The notes: a model not told the origin generated them from the sequence alone. DNA of 64,000 bases from Octopus bimaculoides (GCF_001194135.2 NC_068985.1:22350745-22414744), one strand, 5' to 3'. Counted from the first letter of the stretch, positions 1-11,629 are shown. Numbers and translations are program-made.

Positions 1-97
1 AATATATAAATATGAAATTCTGAATTTAGTTCACAGACCTCCAGTACTACCTTTCCAGACTACCAGGTGTCTGAGGGCCCCAGGTTGGGAACTGCTG
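1..97. mobile_element. Right end of a hAT-type MITE (runs off the window start)
   Basis: Ends GGTTGGGAACTGCTG at 97, resembling the GGTTGGGAACCACTG terminus of the hAT MITEs at 12620, 20027 and 33592. Confidence 0.5.
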
Positions 98-232
98 CTC
101 TGAACTATTTCCTTGCACCACTTTTTTAGTAATATAGGTGAAAAATGCTACTTACAACATCTGCAGTACTTTACCACCCATTACTAATTGAGAAGTATGT
201 GCAGAGAGCTTTTGAAGAGAGTCTCTACTAAC

Positions 233-502
233 TGTGATGTGAAGGAGGAAAAAGACGGAAGCAAAGAGAGAATTACGGTAGTCTTATCTGTTGATCTGGA
301 AGGGTCACTCACAACATCTACATGCTCTGTCCAGCACCATACTGTCTAACATGTCTGCTCTTGTACTCTGTCCACCAACTGACTGCTTGTGTCTCACTGA
401 CCCCACATGCCCACCATGGCCCTTCTGGTGGGACCCACAGGACATGCGTACTCCCTTACTTTCGGTCCTTCCCTACAACACAGCCTGGCTCATGACACCA
501 CA
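233..502 (-). mobile_element. 3' LTR (~270 bp) of a Gypsy-type retrotransposon
   Basis: On the minus strand it starts TGTGGTG directly after a purine-rich tract (AGATCAGGGGAGCG, PPT-like) and ends CATCACA: TG...CA termini with a 6/7 terminal inverted match. It lies downstream of the integrase ORF. Confidence 0.65.
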
Positions 503-2400
503 CGCTCCCCTGATCTGAAGGTCATTCAACCAACCTGCCCACACCTTCTCCTCAATCATGACCACATGCCTTAACTTGTTTCATAATCAGCCAACCAGTG
601 AGGAGGGCACCACTCCCTCTGCGACCATCGTGGGACTTCAGGACTGGCCTCAGTTCCTGGCATGTTACTACCAGCTTCGTCCTCTTGTCCATTACTGTTG
701 GCTCCAACCTCCATCACAGTGATGATCCTGCACACATCCAAAACATAATGTGGCATGCCATCTACTGACACATTGTTCCTCGAATTTACAGAGGTTATTG
801 TCCCCTTTCCCCATTGTGATGTGCACCACACATTTGGGGGTTTAACCCAGACCTACACAAAGGCATGCTCTTTCTCTTCTGTGGGTTGTGGCGATGTGGT
901 ACATGGATGTCTTCACTTGTACTTGAATATTGCCCTATGTGGCACTGACTCCTCAGCTTGTCCCAACTTGGGCGCCATATTATACAAAAAAACGGCCTTG
1001 ACCGGTGAGATGTGGCCCCTCTCTGCTATGGTCTTGATGATGCGATGATGCCTCTCCACAACTCCATTGTCACTTGGCCAGTATGCTGCCCTGAAGAAAT
1101 GACTAACATGCTTTTTGTCGAGCATTTCCCCCAGCACCTCCGAGTGAAACGCAGTGCCATTATCCACAAGCAGCTCATCCACAGGGCCTCGTTCTAGGAA
1201 TATCTCATTTAGTATTCTTGTGATTTCCTCCATGGTCCCTGCCTTCATCTCCCTCCGTATGGCCAACTGCCCTGGTCTGCAGTCGACCATTGAGAGGTAT
1301 GTCCCCTGCTGGTAGTGCGTCACATCCACTGCCAGTTGTTTCCAGTTGTATTCCACTGGATTGCTTCCTGCCTCATGCACGCCTGGAGCAGGGTCAATGG
1401 ATTGGCACCTGTCACAGCTCTCAACTACTCTCTGCCTGGTCACATCAGAGTCAACTTACCTGGCTAGGAACAGGGTCCTATCCACCCTCATGTGATGCAT
1501 GGTATGCAGTCTCCTCAGCTCTGAGTCACTCAGTCGACACACTGCAGCCACTCCTTGCTCCAGATCCTCCGGCACCTGCAACCAGGCTTTCTTTACTCTA
1601 GTCAAGGCGTCTGCTCTATTCCTCTCAGATGGCACAAAAACCACACTCAGCTTCAGGTTAAACTCGGCAGCTAGCTCACCCAGAATTCCCAATTGGCATC
1701 TTGTCAGCATCTCTGCGCCACCTTTGGTTCACTGGTGACCACTGATCCCACCCATCTAAGTACAGTGGTCGAATCGGTCCGGATCTCGATAGTACACAGC
1801 CCCCACCTCAGGGCCAGGTTTATCCCCCTTCAACACATTGACTGTGGTTGCAGTTGTTCTTCTTCCTGAGCTAGACCACATCCTCCACCACAACACCTCC
1901 AATTTCCAGGACAACTCCCATTGCTATGCTGCTGGCATCACCACACAATCCCATTCTTCAATTTGGACACATACCAGTTTCCTCTTACTGGGTCCTCTGC
2001 CATCACTCTCTCCAAGACTTCTTGCATCATGGCAGTTGTCTTCTCACCCACATTGTCACACCACCTCACTCCTTCAGCTTGCTTCTTGATGAAGCTGAAT
2101 GCTATCCGGAGCCATCCTGCAATCAGGCAGTGTCCCAGCAGCTTCCCACACACAGAAAACAGTTCTTGCCTAATTGTCTTGGAGCCCATTTCTGGGATCT
2201 CATTCCCTCTCTGAAACACCAACGTGCCATCCTTGTCTCTCCGTACATTGAGTCCCAGTGCAGCTCCTTCCATCGCCTCTGGCAGTTTGGCAGTTAGCTC
2301 AAAACTTTTCAGGTGGCTTATGACCTCCTTTGCTGACACTATACTCTCATTCAATCACATTATTTACATTATATTTTCTCTGGCTTTTCTACCATTACTA
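503..2400 (-). mobile_element. Decayed Gypsy/Ty3-type pol (RT C-terminus, RNase H, integrase), 5' part missing
   Basis: ORF 1938-2354 resembles RT thumb/connection and is followed by the RNase H start WCDASS. ORF 1456-1710 has NRADALTR and the HH pair. ORF 913-1443 has CxxC plus the DDE core (VDVTH, VDNGTAF, NGVVERHH). The order RT-RH-IN is Gypsy-type. Frameshifts and stops present. Confidence 0.9.
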
Positions 2401-2499
2401 TAACTACTGTTGCTTCTCTGAACTAACAAACTGCATACTATCCAATTCTTGGCACCCATTTCTCCTCTTCTAGTGAGTCTCACTCCATCTTTTTCTTGC

Positions 2500-3420
2500 T
2501 TTGATAAATTAAAAATAAATCTCACCCAGCCATTTCTTTTAGTGATGTTATAAAAGTGGAATTTAAACTGTTATTGTATCACAATAGTACTCAATGCTCT
2601 ATTTACATTTTATTACACCCCATCACCAGTAGCAGCAGCAGCATAGATTAATGCAGCATGTTTTCTGTCACACTTTCAAGAACAATGAATTTGATAACAA
2701 TGTTGTGATAAGCAATATGTTATTAGCCGAGTCATGTTTGAATAACTAATGTACAATAAACACTGACTTCAGTTTAATTCTGATGGTGTTCATCTTTCTT
2801 CTAACTGAATATAATTTAATATTATCTATTAAATAATATCTATTTCACCTCTCTACTCACAAAAGACATTGTACTGGGTGGCTTAAATGCATACAACTCA
2901 TTTTAGCTCTCTTACAATTTCTGTAGCAAAACTATCTGCAACATTATCTGTATCCCTGAGCAACACTGTAACTCTTTAAACACCCTTTGTCTCTTTGTTA
3001 TCTACAAACTCACGATAATTTCTGTCTTATTAGAATTTTCAAACTATTCCTAATGAAGGCATTCACCTGAATTCAGTCCTCTTGAGTCCTCTGGTATTTA
3101 ACCTTTCATAAATCTGTTAAATGTGTGTCACCCTTAATGTATCTGTGACAGCTAAATACACAACTAGAATCACCTTGTTTGGAAGTATAACCTCCATCAT
3201 GCATGCTATCAAATTCCTAAAAAACCCTCAGTGTTTCACTGTTGCCAATCAGGCAAAGCACACTGGAGAAAATCAGCACCAACTAGGAGACATTTTCCAC
3301 CACTATAGCATAAGAAAGATGGCTACCAGGACAGCATTGTTATCCAATACATTGTTATGTAAGCTTTACAGGAAACATGTTACAGATTATGTATGACAGG
3401 AGACATTGATTACTGCTGCT
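2500..3420 (-). mobile_element. Highly degenerate PIF1-like (Helitron-type) helicase remnant
   Basis: 3301-3251 on minus reads GGKCLLVGADFLQCALP, matching the PIF1/Helitron motif GGKxxxxGGDFRQxLP. Only weak traces of later motifs; many stops. Confidence 0.35.
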
Positions 3421-3972
3421 AGAGGTATTGCTGCAGCTAATGGTGGTGGTGGTGGAGATAAAATAAAATGTAACTAGAGTAATGAGTCCTATTATAGCAA
3501 AATAACAGTTTAAATTTTACATTAAAAAAATAACTACCTTTGTGTATTTCATTGCTGGCAAGTTATATTTCCTCTCAAATTGCAGGCAGATATCTAATTT
3601 TAATAAATTTTGCAGAATCCTCCTAAATTCACATGCTGAAACCCATTTATCTTATAACCTTGTGCACAGTCACTAAATTTGTAGGGGAGCTTTACATGCT
3701 CATTTAATGTAAGAAATAGCAGTCAAATTTTTCTTAAATAACACTCTGCCATCTTAATAATATATCTATGGCTGCAATGGATAATGCTGTTTAGAAACAC
3801 AATGTCTGAAAATAGATTAAAAAAAAAGTGGGGATGGTTATGGTTTAAAAACGTCTGATCATCAGTTTGTTTAATCAGTGTTGATCTGGGTTTAAACAAC
3901 CACATCTCTTGTTTCTGTCCAACAAGATAAATGATTTCAATTCCTCCTACAGCCTCTCAGGGAGATTTGTCT

Positions 3973-4345
3973 CATCATCATCATCATCGTTTAACGTCCG
4001 CCTTCCATGCTAGCATGGGTTGGACGATTTGACTGAGGACTGGTGAACCAGATGGTTACACTAGGCTCCAGTTTGATCTGGCAGAGTTTCTACAGCTGGA
4101 TGCCCTTCTTAACGCCAACCACTCCGAGAGTGTAGTGGTTGCTTTTACGTGCCACCGGCACGAAGGCCAGTCAGGTGGTACTGACAACTGCCACGCTCAA
4201 AATGGTGTATTTTATGTGCCACCTGCACAGGAGCCAGTCCAGCGGCACTGGCATGATCTCGCTCGAATGTTTTTACACGTGCCACCAGCACAAGTGCCAA
4301 GAAGGCGACGCTGGGCACAGGTGCCATCACGTAGAGATAAGCACT
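3973..4345 (-). mobile_element. RTE-related SINE-like repeat (family A) with (GAT)n tail
   Basis: Near-identical to copies at 21038, 34450, 38098 and 45050; CATCATCATCGTTTAACGTCCG tail on plus. Confidence 0.85.
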
Positions 4346-4361
4346 GGCTCTAACCATAATG

Positions 4362-4797
4362 GTTTCAAATTTTGGTACAATGCCAGCAATTTCAGTTGAG
4401 AGGGCTAGTTAATTACATCGACCTCAGAGTTTAACTGGTACTTATTTAATTGCTTCCAAAAGGATGAAAGGCAAAGTTGACCTCAGTGGAATTTGAGCTC
4501 AGAATATAAAGACAGATAAAATGCCATTAAGCATTTTGCCTGGCATGTTACTAGTTTAGCCAGCTCACTGCCTACTGGCTCAAATTTTGGCACAAGGTCA
4601 GCAATTTCAGGGGAGGGGTAATTTCTGTAGAGGGGTGTAGCCAATTACCCCAGTGCTTAACAGGTTCTTATTTTATCGACCCCTAAAGGATGAAAGGCAA
4701 TTTGAACTCAGCGGAATTTGAACTCAGAACGTGACGATGGACGAAATGTTGCTTAGCATTTTCCCCAGCATGCTAAAAGATCTGCCAGATCGCCACC
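4362..4797 (-). mobile_element. Two head-to-tail copies of SINE family M
   Basis: Each has the GGATGAAAGGCAAAGTYGACCTC...GGAATTTGAACTCAG core shared with copies at 8325, 13445-15865, 50823 and 59815. Confidence 0.8.
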
Positions 4798-5101
4798 CTA
4801 CTGCCTTTGTACACATCAACAGTTCAGAAAAGGATCAGCCATAGTATAACAGTTAATGTTTAAATTAAGAGGGAAAAGGTTTATAGATCAGTTTCTCCTT
4901 TTAGAAATTGCATGAAGGTCAGCATTATATTTCAGAAGTTTGTGACACAAATTACTCTCTTCTCTCTTAGACAAGAAGAAGCCTCCTCATACGAAAAGGA
5001 CAAGATGGTCATGCTTGCAATACCGTTGGTCTGCTCGATCACGGCAAACCTGAGAATAAACGTTAAACAACAACAAAATCTACTACTACTACTACTACTA
5101 C

Positions 5102-5292
5102 TGTAATTTTTCAGATTAACACCTGCACGATCTTCACTAGGGTGTTAGGGCTAGGGTTTTAGGGCTAGGGTTTTAGGGTCAGGGTTAGAGTTAGTGTTTA
5201 GAGTTAGGGTTAGGGACGGAAAACCGTAACCCTAAAACCCTAACCCCAACACCCTAGTGAAGATCGTGCAGGTGTTAATCTGAAAAATTACC
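5102..5292. mobile_element. Palindromic MITE with internal telomere-like repeats, copy 1
   Basis: Perfect 44-bp terminal inverted repeat GTAATTTTTCAGATTAACACCTGCACGATCTTCACTAGGGTGTT (5103-5146 / 5248-5291); internal TTAGGG/TTTTAGGG/CTAGGG units; flanks ACTACTAC / ACCACTAC (7/8, inside a (CTA)n tract). Confidence 0.85.
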
Positions 5293-5567
5293 ACCACTAC
5301 TACTACTACTACTACTCTATTTTTTTTCACAAGTTGCATCCATCATTTTCTGATATTTATTTCTCCTCCTAGACGTTTGGTTGATCGTCGCGCAGTCTCT
5401 GTAGAGTGGCTAAATAATTGTCCAATAATATCACTGCTTTATATGATAGACTTTTATCAAACAGAATGCCAGCTGATCATCACTAATCGGTTAATATGCG
5501 CGTTTGTCAAGGGAACAAACTCTAAAATAACTAACGAACTTTGATATTAGCTCAGTTGATAGTTTAT

Positions 5568-5575
5568 GTCACATG
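5568..5575 (+). promoter_or_regulatory. E-box GTCACATG, partial CLEAR/M-box-like site
   Basis: About 180 bp upstream of the mannosidase ATG in a locally CpG-rich region; imperfect match to the TFEB CLEAR consensus GTCACGTGAC. Confidence 0.25.
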
Positions 5576-5756
5576 TTCTAGCCTTATTTAAGGAAAAGAT
5601 ATGTATATATATATATATATAACATATCAATGACTCTCTCAACAGTTTTATGATATTTAAAAACGCTACACGACAGCACATATATTTCGTTTGACTTTGT
5701 TTTCGTTATTGCTGCTTTTTCTCTTCAAACATCATTTTAATGACAGTGTTATAAGG

Positions 5757-5849
5757 ATGACGACTGGAGTTATTTGTATTTTTCTTAGCTTTCTACTGGT
5801 TGTAGGGAACCAAGCCTACCCTTTTCATGCATCGTCTTGCGGTTATCAG
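5757..5849 (+). CDS. MAN2B1: alpha-mannosidase exon 1 (signal peptide)
   Basis: [31 protein letters not shown]; donor GTAAGA; phase 0. Confidence 0.85.
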
Positions 5850-8800
5850 GTAAGAATAAATAACTTCGAAATATTTTTTGTGCCCAATTTATTAAGATGC
5901 CGTGATAATAGAAGTAAATAAGATTCTAGCCAGGCAATTACACAAACTGGTTTTGAGATCCGGGTTTGTTTTCGTCAGTGCAGTCGAAGAGATTTTGTGT
6001 TGTTATTGTGCGAAAGAAAATAAAGAAAACAAAGTGACGCTAGTTCTGATTTACCATTCATTTTAAAGCTAACAAGTTTTGCTCATTCATCTATAAAGTT
6101 GGTAGGAAGCCTCCACGTAATTTTTCGCTTTGCTAGCTATAGCAGTCAGTCTCTTCTCACGAATTACATGTCTTAAGGGGTAGGATACATTAAATAATAT
6201 AATCCAAGATATTTTTAAAATATCTAAAGAATAATCAACAATAAAATAACTCGACAAAAAGGACGACGACGACAACACAGTTGAATTAATGTTTTCTTTT
6301 TTTCTTTATTTTCCATTTTTTCGCTCATGATTATGTTTACTTCTGTTCTGGGTTTGTATTTTAATGTGGAATATATATATTTAATCAAATACGTTGTAAC
6401 AGTTGTGTAAAATAAAAAAATAAATTCAATTTTCCGTTTAAAAAGAAAACGAAACATGTAAACAGGCCAACAGGATCTCTTTCTTTAAAAACGAAACAAA
6501 GACATTGGCCAATGTAGTCAATATATATATGGCATAACTACAGATTTCGGTAAATTTTCAGATTAACACCCGCACGATTTTCACTAGGGTGTTAGGGTGG
6601 GAATTCTGTCCCCTAACCCTAACCCTAACCCTAAAACTCTAACCCTAAAACCCTAACCCTAACCCTAAAACTCTAACCCTAAAACTCTAACCCTAAAACC
6701 CTAACCCTAACACCCTAGTGAAAATCGTGCGGGTGTTAATCTGAAAATTTACCCAGATTTCTGCACCCCCGACTTTGGATAACTTTCAGAAAAAAGGATA
6801 TTTTTTAATGAAATTTTCTACGAATTCATGNNNNNNNNNNAACAGGAATTTTGGGGGGGAAATCAAGTTGTCCATATTTGTTTCATTTTCTCCGTTTTTT
6901 TGCGTTTGTGCATCCGTAGATTTCTGCCCTCACCAGAAAACTCGTTATGCTAAAAATAACAGCTACAGGTCTGGTACACAGAAATATGTTATTAAAACGA
7001 CTTATTTGTTGCATACAATCTTTTTTTCACTTTAAGTAAATTCCCAGGTAAACGTTTCTAATAGAAAGGCAGAAGACACCAGAAGCAAAAATAAATAATA
7101 TACACGCACAGTTAAATATAGAAATGTGAAGTATAATTTGTTACATAATCTCTATAGTAAACATGATATTGAATGGAATAATTCCATTTGAACTTTTTAA
7201 ATTACATGTGTGTGTGAGAGAGAGAGAGAGAGTGTGTGTGTGTGGTAGAAATCTACGGATGCACGAACGCACAAAACAGAAAATGAAACAAATATAGACG
7301 ACTTGTTCTGAAACACCCTCGAGGTATATTTGTAGAGAATTTCGTTAAAAAATATCCATTTTCTTGAAAGTTAAGACGAATTGAAGTGAACGCCGGTGAA
7401 TTTTCCGAAATTTCTGACCCCACCCCCTCATAAGACACTTTCCCCCACAAGTTTTGTATATTCGAATTCTACATGATATAACACATATCAACTTGGACAG
7501 ACACAATAATTATAGTACAATAAATTGCAGCGAAGAATTTATTGCATTTGGAGAATAATATTGTAACGATTAGAGCATTTCTTTATCTATACATATAAAT
7601 TTTATATGGGTGATTCTGTCTTGTCTTGGGTTTCACGGTCAAACGGCTGGGTGGAATTGTGCGAAAAATTACATAGATGTATAGAATGATCCGATGGTGA
7701 TGCTGGGCTTTGTATTTTTTCATAGCTCCCATGGTTACCGAGATAAGCTACTATAATAATACTCTTGTGTTATGAATGAGAAAGGAAGGGGTGATGTCAT
7801 ACTTGGTAGTGGGATGATGAAAATTGTACGCTGAAAAAATAAATCAAACAGCGTTTCAACTCTGTGAATATATGTGTNNNNNNNNNNTAGTGGGATGATG
7901 AAAATTGTACGCTGAAAAAATAAATCAAACAGCGTTTCAACTCTGTGAATATATGTGTGTGTATGTAAAAGGGGGGTATGTGAATGTGTGTGTGTGCGTG
8001 CGAGCGCAATGGAAGTAGGATGGCTCATCTTTATTCACTTAGTATTGGTTTATTTTTTGATTTGGTTGAATCTTGGTTGGGTTTTTTTTTGTTGGTCAGT
8101 TATTTTTAGCATTTTGACAGAAAAAAGTCATTCCAAAATTGTTTTTTAACATAAGCATGCCCAAATAAGTTGAATGCTTACACAGAGCAGGTTTTACAGC
8201 CACATCATCCGAACCGACCAGGTGAAACCGGGCTTAGCTGCTAGTTTGTTATAAAGACAACAAAACTAACACATGTTCTGCAGGTCATACATTCATTGTG
8301 TTTTCCTTGTATTGTAAACAATTGCAGGCGGCAAGTTGGCAGAATCATTAGCATGCTGGACAAAATGTTTCACGGCATTTCTTCCTGCTTTACATTCTCA
8401 GTTCAAACTCCACTGAGGTTGCCTTTGCCTTTCATCTTTTCGGAGTCGATAAAATAAGTAACAATTGATCACTGGGGTTGATGTAATCGACTTGCTCCTC
8501 CTACAAACTATTGAAAGTCGTCGAAAAAGCAAAGGTGCGGACACGTCTAGGACTTAGTTAGCTGTTAGGAAATTTCATCAATCATTGAATGCGGGGTTGT
8601 GCCATATGGAGACTCAATTGTACGTTGCTATTTGGTCTTATTTTGATGTTTTTGTGTTGTTTAATTGGTGTTGCAGCACTACGTGCAGCTGTCGATGAGA
8701 GTATTATGAATATGTGTTTGCTCAAAAGTATCTATTACATTTGCCTCCCATACGAAACACCAACCCCTCTCCCCTTAGAATGGGACGATCGGGTGTGGCT

Positions 8801-8975
8801 GATTGGACACTGACGATTTGGCATGGCCAACTGGACGTTAAAACTATTTTGTTGACAGTACATTTTGACACTGGAGGCAAATACACACACACATGCATGC
8901 ATGTGCAGAAATGTTTGTCTTTTTATTGTTTTTCCTGTCTGGATGTATTATTGTTGTCTGTTGTGTTCTTGTTCC

Positions 8976-9018
<43 letters not shown>

Positions 9019-11629
9019 CACACACACATTCTGTGGAAGCCACAGCATGGCAAGAAAAAACAAGGATGACCAAAAGTGACTTGGCACCACACCTTCATTA
9101 ATGACCTCAAAGCCATTGACATTTCATGGGATGAAGCCGATATTGCCACAGCTGACCGGCCACGTTGGAGAAGCCTTGCCGCCCATTGCGCCACATGGCA
9201 CAGGAGGACCTAAGATATACACAGAGACTTTACAATGTATTAATTAAATGTGATTGACATAAACACACACATACACACTCTCTCTCTCTCTCTCATACAT
9301 ATGAAGAGAGATATGTTCACACATAAAGAGAGAGAGAGAGAGAGAGCATTAAAATGTCTGATTTCAAATAAGTCATCATTGAATCAGTAACACCAAATAG
9401 ACAGCTCCAAAACAGCTGTGCCAAAAAATTTCATATCTGTTTCCATTTGCCTGATGAACCTCCACTGGAACTACATTCTTTAATATCTGGTGCTCAACTT
9501 TGTGCACTAAATAAAAGAAGACAATACCTAGTCAATTGCTATTGACAACACATACAGTTCACTGTCTAGTGAAGTGGATCTTCATATAATGACCAAGCAA
9601 CTTTCACAACATCTATTTTTATATTAGGTGGGTGAAGGCATCCCAGGATTTGAAACCATGTAGGTTTAGTGACTAGGATCAGACCAATCATCTTGCAATA
9701 ATATCACCCTATATTATTGAAAGTTTCAGATGTTCCTGTGTAAATGGAGATTATAAAAGCAAAAATGTGATCAAACAGGCCAGAGGTGCACATAGATAAT
9801 ACAGAGGAACAAACAGGTGGCACAGACAAGAAGTTCATAAGAAGACTATTTTTTTGGCTATTTCTCGACCCTGGGTTAAAGGAATCGTCGGCTGTGATGA
9901 ACAGGATAGTTTCCTACTTGTCACACAAAGTCATTCTTATCTATTATTAATTCAGCCATGCACACCATTTACTACTGGCAAATCGCAATACAGCCATGGC
10001 AAGCATCTGTATAATTATGTAAATATTGTGATATACACATATATAAATAAATGTTTATCAAACACTGTTTGGAGTTGGTTTTATTATGGGACAGCATATA
10101 GCCTGAATTTCATATGAATTAAACAAGAATCATCTGGCTAGTCTGACATGAAATTCTTATCTTTATTTAAAATTATTCCCTCTCCTTGATTCTTGTCACT
10201 TTATGGCTCTGTTGCTGGTCTGTAGACTCTGGTCCTCTTCCTCAGTTGATGTTCTCCTGGTCTCGAATTTAGAGATTGCATTGGTCATCTGGAACAGTGC
10301 GTGTAACATCCAGTTTTCAGATATGGAGTCAAATGAAATTTTTGTTTTGTGTTTACTTCATATCAATATGTGTATATTTAAGATCTACTTATTCGTGAAC
10401 CTTTGATGTTGAAGCTGAAGGAAGACAGTAGAAAATTATTACAAACCTCAATTTGTACTGGGTACATAGAAATGCAAATTTATAAGGTTACCATGCATGT
10501 AGAGTTTATGTGGTTATTTGGTCACTTAGAAATAGCAACCAAATCTTTCCATAAAATTATATCCTACTGTCTTAAATAAAAGCATGCAGTGGACAGTGTA
10601 ATCCCAAATATACAAAATGACTGGATTCTCACAGTGGGTCTGTTCAATCTGTATAGAAGAATAGCAACTAGTGCCATGCTCTGACTGAGTCCACTACCAC
10701 CAGAACCTACATGTATACTGATTGAACCAATGGAAAAGCTTCTCTGCAGCGGCTTGACCTGCCACCAAACATCCTCAAACCACACCCTACATCTTACAAA
10801 AAGGATGCACATCATACCCAAGATATTTTGGTTTAGATATACCTTTGACTAAAGTGAGATAGTCATGCCCTGAATGCCATTAATCATGGGTTTGTTCAAT
10901 CAAAGCTAAACTACATCTATATAGGAGGTTAATCCAATGATGGAGCTACTATGTAGTCATTTGACCTGCTAAAAATAGCTGTAAAACCTTTTGTTAATCA
11001 CACAGTACCATTTTGATAAAAAGAGGAAGGACTCCTTGGATAAATATCAGTTTTTAATTTTAATATGCCACTTCCTTTTGTTAAACTTTAGCTTGTATCA
11101 GTTTAGTTCTGCAAAGAATTTTTGTTTATTTACACTGTCTTACAGCTAGTTTATTTGTCATAGAGGATACTTTTAGATGCAGTTAAGAATTACTTTTTGA
11201 CTGCTGTGACAACAAAAGTAGAAGAGTGGTTATAACAAATAATAAAGAAGATAAGTGGTCTTGATTTTAGTTGAAAAGCTTTTAGCAATGATTTTAATAT
11301 TGCCTTCAGTGAAAGCATACATTTGTGGTTTCTTGGTTAAATTTATCTGAGAAAATCTTTTCACACACACTATGTAATTGCACAGATGGAAGAAATACTC
11401 TGAGGGTAATTACAAGTTTTAAACATTGGAAGATATGGTCTGTTCTTTGCACTTGTTACATGAATAAATGACACAAACCTGTTTCAACAACAAGAACAAC
11501 AACACAAAAGATAATTCTAAGTTATGCCAAAAATATCTCCTATAACAAACAAGCTGACTGCAGGACAGCATAGTTATTTTTTGTGTTGATAATTTTTGTA
11601 CTTTTGTTGAATTATTTCTCATGTTAAGA

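Noticed and set aside
5691-5756. ORF-track extension upstream of the ATG (TTG start at 5691)
   Set aside because: Non-ATG start; the ATG at 5757 gives a normal signal peptide.
5102-6753. Interstitial telomere from chromosome fusion or healing, or a single composite transposon carrying exon 1
   Set aside because: The TTAGGG arrays sit inside TIRs, and each copy has its own different 8-bp flanking duplication (ACTACTAC-type vs CAGATTTC), indicating two independent insertions.
7808-7957. Apparent 70-bp tandem duplication
   Set aside because: Identical copies flank a 10-N gap, the typical signature of an unmerged contig overlap.
9640-11060. Moderately GC-richer, coding-like stretch in intron 1
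   Set aside because: All frames I read have stops and no recognisable motif; probably a decayed element that I cannot classify without a search.
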